From contig CAZSQT010000014.1 in assembly GCA_964609295.1 (NCBI GenBank), forward strand, positions 1-46,246: a stretch of DNA of 46,246 nt. Direction: 5' to 3'. The notes beneath the pieces were generated by a model. The model was not told the DNA's origin. It ran no database searches and worked only from the letters and a program-made list of their open reading frames with translations. This document shows positions 27,126 to 36,603 of the stretch, piece by piece. Made by a program: the position numbers and the translations under genes. Source of the DNA: an uncultured Gammaproteobacteria bacterium (GTDB lineage: Bacteria > Patescibacteriota > Microgenomatia > UBA12405). Each line of letters begins with the position of its first letter. Within the stretch, counting starts at the first letter, position 1.

Positions 27126-28694
27126 GTGAAAAAGAATATTATGCTTCCACTAATAATAATATCTCTTTTAGTGGTCAGATTTTGTTTTATTTTAAAAAAT
27201 CCAATGTATCTAGATGAAGGAATTTATTTATCTTGGGCCCAACTAATTGGTATTTCAAAAAACTTCGCCTACACAAGCCTACAAGATGGAAAAACACCAT
27301 TGTTCTTTTGGCTTTTGCATTATTTTGGCTCACTCATTAAAAATTATCTACTAGCTGGTCGACTAATATCAATTATTTCAGGTTTAATCACGGCCATATC
27401 GTGGATGTTAATTTTTTCTAAAAAAAATACACGATCTATTTTTTATTTATTTTTATTCTTAATTGCACCATATGGATTTTTAATAGAAAGAATGGCTCTA
27501 ACTGATAGCTTATTAGTAGCCCTAAGTAGTTTTTCTCTAATGCTTATTATTAAAGGAAAAAATATTTTAGAAAAAAAAGAAAATACAAAATATATTTATT
27601 TTTTTATATTAATGATATTCTCCGGAATTTCTCTAGGATTTGCTTATGCCACTAAAACAACTGCGAAACTTTTTCTCGTTACTTATTTACTAATTATTTT
27701 ATTTTGGATTTTCAGTTACTTTTTGAATAAAAAATACAAAAAACTAATTTTCATAATTTTAGGAACAATACTCCTTTTTCTATTTTATTCGGAAGTAGTT
27801 AATTGTTTCCGAACAGGAGGGCAAGCTTTTTGGATTTCAATAAAAGAAAAGGAAAAACTAATGATTTATTCACCGGAGCAAATTATTAACAGATTAGTTA
27901 ACAATCCTCTTTCTTCTTTTACTTATGCAAAGTTATTTTTCGATTATCTTTTAAATTATGTATCTTTTTTACTTATTTTTATAATAGTTGGATTATTTAA
28001 TATTGTAAAAGAAAAGAAAAATCGAAAATTTATTTGGTTAATATTTTCTTTTTTATTTATTAGTGTCAGCGTCTGTTTGTCTGGAAAGGTTATGTCTTCA
28101 CGCTATATATATTTAACTTACCCAACTTTAATTGGCCTAGCAGTTTTTGGTTTAGAATATCTAATATCTTTAAAAAAAACCTGGCTCAATTTTGCTATTG
28201 TTTTAATATTTATTCTAACTATTAACAAAAGTCTACTTCTTGTTTTTAATTTTGAAAAAGCTTCTTATTCCCAAGACGATCAATCTTATTTAGTTTCTGG
28301 TAACCTAACTAACTTCGGATTAAAAAAAGTAATTAATTACTTTGACAATAAAGAAAAAAACAATGTCTTAATTGGCATTAACGGTAGCTGGGGTATTCCA
28401 GAAGGATCATCTATTATTTTGAAAGAAAATAATCTTAATTCAATAATTTTAAAAAAAGAAGAAATTATTGAAAAAAAAGAATCAATAAATAATAGTTGTC
28501 CAAAAACATGGCTTAAAAAAGATAATTTTTGCTTAAAACTTAATTTTAAACAAGAAGAGAACATCGATAAATATCTTTACTTGGTAGGTGGAAAAGAAAT
28601 GGTTGATAACTTAAGTAACTTTAATTTTACTGAAATTTATGAATTTAAAAAAAATAAAGGAAATAATAGTAATTACTTCCTAAAAATAAATTAA
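27126..28694 (+). CDS. Polytopic GT-C membrane glycosyltransferase, ArnT/PMT_2-like (family D)
   Basis: 522 aa. Motifs: YLDEGIYLSWAQ...LQDGKTPLFFWLL, AGRLISIISG, FLIERMALTDSLL, FAYATKTTAKLF. The paralog is 5541-6980. GTG 27126 is preferred over ATG 27141 because of the promoter geometry at 27110-27119. Confidence 0.7.
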   Translation: MKKNIMLPLIIISLLVVRFCFILKNPMYLDEGIYLSWAQLIGISKNFAYTSLQDGKTPLFFWLLHYFGSLIKNYLLAGRLISIISGLITAISWMLIFSKKNTRSIFYLFLFLIAPYGFLIERMALTDSLLVALSSFSLMLIIKGKNILEKKENTKYIYFFILMIFSGISLGFAYATKTTAKLFLVTYLLIILFWIFSYFLNKKYKKLIFIILGTILLFLFYSEVVNCFRTGGQAFWISIKEKEKLMIYSPEQIINRLVNNPLSSFTYAKLFFDYLLNYVSFLLIFIIVGLFNIVKEKKNRKFIWLIFSFLFISVSVCLSGKVMSSRYIYLTYPTLIGLAVFGLEYLISLKKTWLNFAIVLIFILTINKSLLLVFNFEKASYSQDDQSYLVSGNLTNFGLKKVINYFDNKEKNNVLIGINGSWGIPEGSSIILKENNLNSIILKKEEIIEKKESINNSCPKTWLKKDNFCLKLNFKQEENIDKYLYLVGGKEMVDNLSNFNFTEIYEFKKNKGNNSNYFLKIN

Positions 28695-28702
28695 TTTTAA
28701 AT

Positions 28703-30301
28703 ATGAAAATACTCAAAAAAATAAATCCTATTTTTTTAATTTTAATATTGGCCTTTTGTTTAAGATTAATAAATATGAGCAAAATACCTCTTTTTGGCGA
28801 CGAAATTGACGTTGCTAATCATACTTATTTTCTTTCAAAAACTCTTCGAGATTATAGGGGAAACTTTCTTCCTTTCTACATTGATTCATTTTCAGAATCA
28901 CGTGCTCCGTTATTAATGTATACATCGATTCCTTTTTTTATTTTTTTAGGAAAGAGTGCTTTAACTCTAAGATTAACCCCTTTAATATTTGGAATATTGT
29001 CTATTTACTTCTTTTATTTGTTAATAAATTTGATAACCAAAAAAAGAAAGATGGCTTTAATTTCGGCCCTAATAATGAGTATCATTCCTTGGCACATTCA
29101 TTATAGTCAAATGTCATTTGAAGTTACTTTACTGCTTTTTTTAATTTTGGCTGGTACTTATTTTTATCTTAAAAATAAGTATTTTTTATCAGTTGTTCTT
29201 TTTTCTCTTTGTTTCTATACTTATTCCGTAGCCAACATCTTTATTCCTATTTATGCAATATTTCTATATTTTTATCATAAACCAATTCCTCTTAAAAAAA
29301 TTATTAAATTATCACTTTTAGTCATTTTTCTGTTAAGTCCAATTATTCTTAATATATTTGAAGGAAAAGCTAGTAATAGATTTAAATTAATAAGTATTTT
29401 TAATAATCCCCAAAAAATAACAAAATTGATTTATCGACGCACCAGTTTTTCTTCTAATCCCAAGATAGAAAGAATCTTTAATAATAAAGCTACTCTTTTT
29501 AGCTCAGAATTTTTAAAAAACTACACTGAAGCTTTATCATTTAGTTTTTTATTTACAGAAAAAGGAGACCCTAGTCCTCGCCACCAAATACCAGGAAAAC
29601 CTCTATTGTTTACCATACTAATAATTCCATTCATTATTGGTCTTTTTTCAAAACCCGATAAGCTATTTATTTTTTTCTTATTAATAGCCCCTATTTCAAG
29701 TGCTCTTACCCAAGAAGGAGGCAGACATGCTACTCGATTATTTATTATGATTCCCCCCTTATGTTACTTGATATCCCTAGGTTTATTTAAATTATCAAAA
29801 AATATAAAATATGTCATCTTTGGATTGTGTGCTATTTCGCTTTTCTTTTATTTTCATGAATATGAATATTATTGGCAAGAAAATTATCAAAACTTAAATG
29901 GAAATTATAATGAACTTTTTTCTCATATTCCCAAAAATTGTTCAAGATATTTTATTTCCAACACTACTTATAATTCTTTACCTTATTTTTTGTTTTATAA
30001 AAATTATGAACCTTCAAATTTCTTAAAAGAATTTAAGGGGGATAAAAATAAAGAAAATATATTTTTAGACATGTCTGGTTTCTCTCTTGGAAAAAACATT
30101 TTTTTTATAAATGATTGGCAAGGAGATGGAGATAATTTTTCAAAAATTCAAAAATTTGCTCAAACAAATGATTGTTTTTTATTTTTTGAAGGAACCGATA
30201 TTAACGGAAAAATAAAACTTTCAGAAGAATATCAAACAATTCATGCAACCATATCACCTAGCAAAAATTTATTTGGTCAAATAATTAAAAAAACTAAATG
30301 A
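28703..30301 (+). CDS. Polytopic GT-C membrane glycosyltransferase, family A (divergent member)
   Basis: 532 aa. Motifs: LFGDEIDVANHTYFLSKT...SFSESRAPLLMYTSIPFF, IPWHIHYSQMSFEV, FLFTEKGDPSPRHQIPG, GGRHATRL. Confidence 0.7.
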   Translation: MKILKKINPIFLILILAFCLRLINMSKIPLFGDEIDVANHTYFLSKTLRDYRGNFLPFYIDSFSESRAPLLMYTSIPFFIFLGKSALTLRLTPLIFGILSIYFFYLLINLITKKRKMALISALIMSIIPWHIHYSQMSFEVTLLLFLILAGTYFYLKNKYFLSVVLFSLCFYTYSVANIFIPIYAIFLYFYHKPIPLKKIIKLSLLVIFLLSPIILNIFEGKASNRFKLISIFNNPQKITKLIYRRTSFSSNPKIERIFNNKATLFSSEFLKNYTEALSFSFLFTEKGDPSPRHQIPGKPLLFTILIIPFIIGLFSKPDKLFIFFLLIAPISSALTQEGGRHATRLFIMIPPLCYLISLGLFKLSKNIKYVIFGLCAISLFFYFHEYEYYWQENYQNLNGNYNELFSHIPKNCSRYFISNTTYNSLPYFLFYKNYEPSNFLKEFKGDKNKENIFLDMSGFSLGKNIFFINDWQGDGDNFSKIQKFAQTNDCFLFFEGTDINGKIKLSEEYQTIHATISPSKNLFGQIIKKTK

Positions 30302-31986
30302 AATATAAAAACTTTTGGATAAGTATAGCGCTTATCTCCCTGTTCATTATTGGTAGTTATTTTAGGTTGATTAATTTATCGAATAATCCACCCTCTATTT
30401 TTTCTGATGAGGTAGATGCTCAATATCAGGCTTTTATATATAAACAATGTGGTACCGATTATTTTGGCAATAAATTTCCTATCCATTTTCAATCTTTTTC
30501 CGACTATCGTACTCCCATCTTTATTCGAACTATTGCCTTATTTAACTCTGTTCGTCTTTCCCAATCTATATTTGGTATTTTTTCCTTGTTTTTGATCTTT
30601 TTAATTCTCAAACATCTTTTTGTCAAAAATAAAATTATTTGGATTTATGGATTATTTATTTCTGCTTGTTCTTTTTGGTTAATTCATTATAGTCGCACTG
30701 GTTTTGAAGTTTCTCAAATGCTCTTTTTTCTTTTTTTGTTTCTTCTTTTTTGGCTTAAATTTATCAAAAAACCAACTCTTCCTTATCTTTTGATTAGTTG
30801 TATCGCTCTTATTTTGTCTTTTTATACCTATAGCACCGCTAAATTATTTGTCGTTTTACTGCTACCACCTCTTTTTTTAATCTGGCGAAAAGAAATTTTT
30901 TCTTTAGGTGTCAAAAAACTATCTATCTTGATAGTAATTTGTTCTTTTTTGGTTTTACCAATGATTACCGATACTATTTCTGGTCGCTCTGGTTATCGTT
31001 TTTCCTATATCAATATCTTTAGTGACCCCACCATAAGCAAGGAAGTTGATTATCAAAGATATCTCGATGCCACCAATAAATATGGTCAACAAATAGGACT
31101 TTCTCCTGATTTATCATCAAAATTAATTCACAACAAAGTTGTCCTTTGGACTAATAAATTTATCAATAATTATTTTGAAAGTTTTTCCAGCCAATTCCTT
31201 TTTCTCAAGGGAGACGGCAATCTCCGACAAGGTTTTGGCTTTTTGGGATATTTATTTTTCACCGAAATTATTTTAATTATTTTTGGACTAGGTCTTGTGT
31301 TAAAAAAGAAAGATAAATTCACCACCCTTATGTTCCTTTGGTTAATTTTGGCCCCAATCCCATATGCTCTTACCAGAGATTCTGCTTTTACTCACGCCAC
31401 TCGATTAATAATTATTGTCCCAGCCTTAATGTATTTTTCTATTTTGGGTTTTAGTCAAATTTCAAAATTAAAATATCAAAAAATATTTATAATTCTAATT
31501 TTTACTTTTAATATTTGTCAACTTACTTATTTTTGGCACTATTACAATATCCATTATCCTCAAATTTCAGCCAAAGAATGGCATTATGGTATTGATATTA
31601 CCTTAAATAAAATAAAAAAAGATTATAATAATTCACCAAAGATATTTTTTAGTTCCAACCCAGAGCCAATATTACCTTTCTTCCTCTGGAATTTTAAATA
31701 CCAACCAAGCGATAATCCCTGTGCTCCCGCCAAAGAGATAATTTGGGATAATAATGATAATTTTAATGCCTTAGTCGCTGACAACAAATATTATTTTGGT
31801 AGATTTGAATGGTCACAATTTAAAAATTCTCCCCATTTTAATAATCAAAATCTTTTTATGATTTCTAGCAAAGACATAGAAACCATTGATTCTCAAAATT
31901 TTAAATATGAGATACTTTATCAACTTGACAAAAAATATCTCGAACAAGAAATTTATTATTTAGTTCGTTTTAACAATAATGACTAA
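30298..31986 (+). CDS. Polytopic GT-C membrane glycosyltransferase, family A (divergent member)
   Basis: 562 aa. Motifs: IFSDEVDAQYQAFIYKQCGTDYFGNKFPIHFQSFSDYRTPIF, WLIHYSRTGFEVSQ, FLFLKGDGNLRQGF, FTHATRL. ATGA overlap with the upstream gene. Confidence 0.7.
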   Translation: MKYKNFWISIALISLFIIGSYFRLINLSNNPPSIFSDEVDAQYQAFIYKQCGTDYFGNKFPIHFQSFSDYRTPIFIRTIALFNSVRLSQSIFGIFSLFLIFLILKHLFVKNKIIWIYGLFISACSFWLIHYSRTGFEVSQMLFFLFLFLLFWLKFIKKPTLPYLLISCIALILSFYTYSTAKLFVVLLLPPLFLIWRKEIFSLGVKKLSILIVICSFLVLPMITDTISGRSGYRFSYINIFSDPTISKEVDYQRYLDATNKYGQQIGLSPDLSSKLIHNKVVLWTNKFINNYFESFSSQFLFLKGDGNLRQGFGFLGYLFFTEIILIIFGLGLVLKKKDKFTTLMFLWLILAPIPYALTRDSAFTHATRLIIIVPALMYFSILGFSQISKLKYQKIFIILIFTFNICQLTYFWHYYNIHYPQISAKEWHYGIDITLNKIKKDYNNSPKIFFSSNPEPILPFFLWNFKYQPSDNPCAPAKEIIWDNNDNFNALVADNKYYFGRFEWSQFKNSPHFNNQNLFMISSKDIETIDSQNFKYEILYQLDKKYLEQEIYYLVRFNNND

Positions 31987-33496
31987 ATTCATCTCCAAAA
32001 ATATTTTTATAATTTTAATTATCCTTTTGGGACTTTTATCTACCCACCGATTACTCAGACCAGGAATTCATTCCATGGCCGACGAAATGCATGTTTTTCG
32101 CCTAGAACAATACCACCAATGCATTATGGATGGTCAAATTCCTTGTCGTTATGTCGCTGATGCCGGTTTTGGTTACGGTTATCCATTGTTCAATTTTTAT
32201 GCCCCTGGCTTTTACTCTATAGCTCAAATATTTCATTTAATTGGTTTTTCTCTGATCAACAGCCTCAAAATAGTTATTGTTTTAACAGCTATTAGTGGTG
32301 CTATTGGTATTTTTTATCTATCCAATTCCTTACTAGCTAGTGTTCTTTTTCTCTTTGCTCCATATCAAGCTGTCAATATTTTCGTTCGTGGTGCTTTTCC
32401 TGAATTTTTTGCCCTTAATTTAATTCCTTGGGTAATTTATTTTTTTAAAGAAAAAAAATATTTTTGGTCAACCATTTTTCTTTCTTTTGTTTTAATTTCT
32501 CATACTCTCACTAGTTTAACTTTACTAGTTTTTTTGATTCCTTATCTATTTATTTTTATCAAAGATTACAAAAAACAAATAATTTCACTCCTGACCAGTT
32601 TTGGATTATCTGCCTTTTTTACCCTACCTGCTTTTTTTGAAAAAAATATCACTACCGTTGAAACAATGACTCAAGGTTATTTTAATTTTATTAATCATTT
32701 TGCCACTCTCAATCAATTGTTCATATCTCGGTTTTGGGGTTATGGTGCTTCACTCTGGGGCCCTCAAGACGATATGGCTATCTCTATTGGTCTTATGCAA
32801 TGGCTAATTCCCTTATTGACACTTATATATCTTTTCAAAAATAAAAAAATAAATTTAAAAATAATTTTTTATTTAACATCTGCCTTATTTTTTATTTTTC
32901 TCACTCACAACAAATCAACCTTCATCTGGCAAAGTTTACCGTTTATGAAATACTTCCAATTTCCTTGGCGTTTTATTGGGATAGCTCTTATTCCATTGTC
33001 CTTACTAGCCGGAAAAATTAAATTAAACAAATTATTTCTCACTATTTTAATTTTTATTACTATTTGCTTAAATCTAAGTTACTTTAAAGAAGATATCTGG
33101 CACCAGCAATATGATTTTAACAAAGCTCGCTTAAGTGGTTTGGCAATAGGGGATTATTGGCCTAATTATGGGGAAGAATTACCTTCCAAATATATAGAAT
33201 CAAGAGGAATAGACAGACAAAGTAATAAATTATCCCTCTTTGTAGAAGTTAAAAATGAAAAAATGGAATTAATTTTACCCATAGTTTATTTTCCCGGCTG
33301 GAAAGTTTATGTCAACAATCAAGAAAAAGAATTTCAAATTGATCCTCTCTACGGACAAATAAAAATTAATCTGGAAACAGGACAAAACGATGTTGTTTTA
33401 AAATTTCACAATACCCCAATTAGAAACATTGCCAATCTTATCTCTTTTATTTCTCTTGTTTTTTTATTTTTTATAATAAAGTATGAAAAAAAATAG
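31979..33496 (+). CDS. Polytopic membrane protein, PTPS-related/YfhO-like putative GT-C glycosyltransferase (family B)
   Basis: 505 aa. Motifs: HSMADEMHVFRLEQYHQCIMDGQIPCRYVADAGFGYGYPLFNFYAPGFY. C-terminal YFPGWKVYVNNQEKEF...LKFHNTPIR followed by a terminal TM. The paralog is 9596-11317. Confidence 0.65.
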   Translation: MTKFISKNIFIILIILLGLLSTHRLLRPGIHSMADEMHVFRLEQYHQCIMDGQIPCRYVADAGFGYGYPLFNFYAPGFYSIAQIFHLIGFSLINSLKIVIVLTAISGAIGIFYLSNSLLASVLFLFAPYQAVNIFVRGAFPEFFALNLIPWVIYFFKEKKYFWSTIFLSFVLISHTLTSLTLLVFLIPYLFIFIKDYKKQIISLLTSFGLSAFFTLPAFFEKNITTVETMTQGYFNFINHFATLNQLFISRFWGYGASLWGPQDDMAISIGLMQWLIPLLTLIYLFKNKKINLKIIFYLTSALFFIFLTHNKSTFIWQSLPFMKYFQFPWRFIGIALIPLSLLAGKIKLNKLFLTILIFITICLNLSYFKEDIWHQQYDFNKARLSGLAIGDYWPNYGEELPSKYIESRGIDRQSNKLSLFVEVKNEKMELILPIVYFPGWKVYVNNQEKEFQIDPLYGQIKINLETGQNDVVLKFHNTPIRNIANLISFISLVFLFFIIKYEKK

Positions 33497-35072
33497 ATTT
33501 TTATTTATTTTTATTCTCTTAATTGCTCTATTTTTGAGATTTTACCAACTTAATCAATTTCCCCCTAGCCTAAATTGGGACGAAATTAGTCATGGTTACA
33601 ATGCTTACTCAATTTTAAAAACTGGACAAGATCAATGGGGGAATCAAGCTCCCATTTTTAATTTTAGAGCTTATGGAGATTATCCCACCACTCTCAATAT
33701 GTATTTGACCATTCCTTTCGTTTATTTTTTTGGACTAAATGAATGGTCAGTCAGATTACCCTCAGCCATTCTAGGTTTTGGCCTTGTTATCCTTGCTTTC
33801 TTTTTGACCCAAAAACTATTTGATAACAAAAAATTAAGTTATTTAGTGATGTTTCTTTGTGCTATTTCTCCCTGGACTCTCTTTACCTCTAGGGCTGTTT
33901 TTCAATCAACCGTAGCTCAATTTTTTATCCTTCTTGGTATTACTTTGTTTTTGTATAACAAAAAAAATCTCGGTGCCATAATGTGGGCCCTTTCCGCTTA
34001 TGCCTACCACAATACTCGTATTGTTGCTCCCTTACTTTTTGTTGTTTTTATCTTTATCTATTTTCCCAAATTTTGGAAAAACAAAAAAACACTTTTTGCT
34101 ATTTTTCTCTTTTCACTTCTAATTATTCCCAATATTTTAAATTTGTTTGTTCCTTCATCTCGAGCCAGGGGAAAGTGGGTCTTTATCATTAACCAAAATG
34201 CTATCAACATCATTGACGAAAATAGAAATAATTCCACCCTAACTCCCACGCTAAATCGGCTTGTCAACAACAAATATACCTATCTTGCCAGCAATATTAC
34301 CAAAAATTATACTGATTTTTTAAACCCCTATTTATTGTTTTTTAAAGGTTCAGGCCAATATCAATTTAATATTCCCAATCACGGAATTTTGTATTTTATT
34401 ACTCTCCCATTTTTTTATCTTGGTATTTTTAAAATTATTTTAAAAATTAGACACAAAAATAATTTATTTTTAATCTTGTGGTTTTTGATTGGCCTAATCC
34501 CAGCCGTAATTACTTTTGGCGATTTTGCTATCCTAAGAGGCTTCACTATTATCCCTATTCCTTTAATTTTTATTGCCGTTGGTCTGTTGAGCTTAAAAAA
34601 AATTAGCTTCTATACTGTCTTACTAATTATAATTATTCAAGCTTCACTATATATAAATAATTACTTTACCCAATACCCAAAACAATATTCACAAAGTTGG
34701 CAATATGGATACAAAGAAGTAGTCAATTATATTAAACAAAATGAATCTTCTTACGACCAGATTTTAATTACCAAAAAATACGGTGAACCCCATGAATTTA
34801 TTCTTTTTTATCTTCCCTACGAACCTCAACAATTACTCAACAATAATATTGTTTGGGATTTCCATGCTAATTGGTATTGGGTTGATCAAATTGATAAATA
34901 TCATTTTATTAATGATTGGGAAGTAAAAGAAAAAACAAAAAATATTACCGACAAAACATTGCTTATTACCTCGCCATTCAATTACAATAGTAATAAGAAC
35001 AAATTACTCAAAACTATTAATTTTAAAGACAATACCCCTGCCTTTGATATAGTCGAAATTTATGAAAACTAA
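33483..35072 (+). CDS. Polytopic GT-C membrane glycosyltransferase, PMT_2-like family A
   Basis: 529 aa. Motifs: NWDEISHGYNAYSILKTGQDQWGNQAPIFNFRAYGDYPTTLNMYLTIPF and SPWTLFTSRAVFQS. The ATG is embedded in the upstream TAT-GAA codons. Confidence 0.75.
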   Translation: MKKNRFLFIFILLIALFLRFYQLNQFPPSLNWDEISHGYNAYSILKTGQDQWGNQAPIFNFRAYGDYPTTLNMYLTIPFVYFFGLNEWSVRLPSAILGFGLVILAFFLTQKLFDNKKLSYLVMFLCAISPWTLFTSRAVFQSTVAQFFILLGITLFLYNKKNLGAIMWALSAYAYHNTRIVAPLLFVVFIFIYFPKFWKNKKTLFAIFLFSLLIIPNILNLFVPSSRARGKWVFIINQNAINIIDENRNNSTLTPTLNRLVNNKYTYLASNITKNYTDFLNPYLLFFKGSGQYQFNIPNHGILYFITLPFFYLGIFKIILKIRHKNNLFLILWFLIGLIPAVITFGDFAILRGFTIIPIPLIFIAVGLLSLKKISFYTVLLIIIIQASLYINNYFTQYPKQYSQSWQYGYKEVVNYIKQNESSYDQILITKKYGEPHEFILFYLPYEPQQLLNNNIVWDFHANWYWVDQIDKYHFINDWEVKEKTKNITDKTLLITSPFNYNSNKNKLLKTINFKDNTPAFDIVEIYEN

Positions 35073-36603
35073 AATAATTTTAATCACTATTTTTTTAATT
35101 GCTTTTTTTATCAGAATTTACAATATTCAATATCCTCCTTTACTTTGGGATGAAGCCTCACTCGGCTACAATGCTTACTCAATTTTAAAAACCGGTCAAG
35201 ATGAATATGGTAAAAGTTTTCCTCTAATTTTAAAATCATTTGGCGACTACAAACCAGGAGTTTATGCTTATTTAACTATTCCTTTTATCTCAATTTTTGG
35301 ATTAAATGAACTTTCTGTTCGCTTACCTTCAATTATTTTAGGCTCACTAATTCCTATTTTCCTATATCTCTTAATTATTGCTTTTGATAAGAAAAAAACT
35401 AAATTAGCCTTAATTGTAGCTCTAGTAACTGTCTTTAACCCATACAATATTCATTATTCAAAAGGGGCTTGGGAAACCAATATTCTCACTTTTCAACTAC
35501 TACTCGCTTCTTATTTTTTTATCAAAAAGAAATATCTACCTAGCGCCTTAATTTTTGGTCTCAGTCTTTATACCTATCAAGGAGCCAAAACTGCCTCTCT
35601 AATAGTTCTCTTAATTTTATTATTTTTACAATACAAAAATCCTCTCAATTTATTCAAAAAAGATTTTAAAACTTTAACTCTTCGTTTTTTTATTCCTCTG
35701 TTTATCTTGACTATCCCCTTACTTATCGGACTCTTGACTTCTAACGATAGCAATCGCCTTAAAGTTCTTAGTATTTTTTCTTATCCTCGTCAAACACAAG
35801 AAACAAATATTTTTCAAAATGACTTTACTTTTTATATTCAAAATATTTCCCATAGATATTTCAATCATTTTTCTCCAGAATTTCTTTTTACAAAAGGGGA
35901 CTGGCAAAACCCACGCCATAGTGCTCCTTACACTGGTGTTTTATTATTACCAAGTGTAATATTTCTTGTCATAGGTCTTTTCAAATCTTCTTACAAAAAA
36001 AGGGTTAATTTATTTTTTCTTCTAATTTTATTATTTGCCCCATTATCGGCTTCTTTTACTCGAGATTCTGTTCAAGCTACTCGGTCAATGTGGATGTCTC
36101 TCGGCTTGGTTTATTTTATTGGTTTTGGTATTAATATATTTTTAAAAAAGTTTTCTAATTTACTAATTTATTCACTCCTTATTGTTATTTATTTACTTTC
36201 TTTCATATATTATAGTGATCTCTATCACAACCATATGGTAAAAACTAATTCTGCCGATTGGCTTTCTGGCTACAAAGAAAGCATTACCTACTTAAATACA
36301 AAAAAATCTCAATACGAAAATCTTATTGTTACCGATTTTTATGGCCAACCATACATTTTTTATCTTTTTTATAGTCAATATCCACCTCTAGATTACCAAA
36401 AACAAGCCAATTTAATTAGCGATTCTGTTGATACTGGTAAAATTATACAAATAGACAACATAGAGTTTAAATCACCTGATTTTAATCAAATAAACAAACA
36501 AAAAGACACTCTAGCTATTTTCTCGTTTGATGAAGTCATTAGACAAAATTTAGATTTTAATCTCTTTAAAAAATTTGGCAATTTTTATATTTATGAAAAT
36601 TAA
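35062..36603 (+). CDS. Polytopic GT-C membrane glycosyltransferase, PMT_2-like family A
   Basis: 513 aa. Motifs: LWDEASLGYNAYSILKTGQDEYGKSFPLILKSFGDYKPGVYAYLTIPF (D30/E31 at nt 35149-35154), NIHYSKGAWETN, FLFTKGDWQNPRHSAP. Confidence 0.75.
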   Translation: MKTKIILITIFLIAFFIRIYNIQYPPLLWDEASLGYNAYSILKTGQDEYGKSFPLILKSFGDYKPGVYAYLTIPFISIFGLNELSVRLPSIILGSLIPIFLYLLIIAFDKKKTKLALIVALVTVFNPYNIHYSKGAWETNILTFQLLLASYFFIKKKYLPSALIFGLSLYTYQGAKTASLIVLLILLFLQYKNPLNLFKKDFKTLTLRFFIPLFILTIPLLIGLLTSNDSNRLKVLSIFSYPRQTQETNIFQNDFTFYIQNISHRYFNHFSPEFLFTKGDWQNPRHSAPYTGVLLLPSVIFLVIGLFKSSYKKRVNLFFLLILLFAPLSASFTRDSVQATRSMWMSLGLVYFIGFGINIFLKKFSNLLIYSLLIVIYLLSFIYYSDLYHNHMVKTNSADWLSGYKESITYLNTKKSQYENLIVTDFYGQPYIFYLFYSQYPPLDYQKQANLISDSVDTGKIIQIDNIEFKSPDFNQINKQKDTLAIFSFDEVIRQNLDFNLFKKFGNFYIYEN

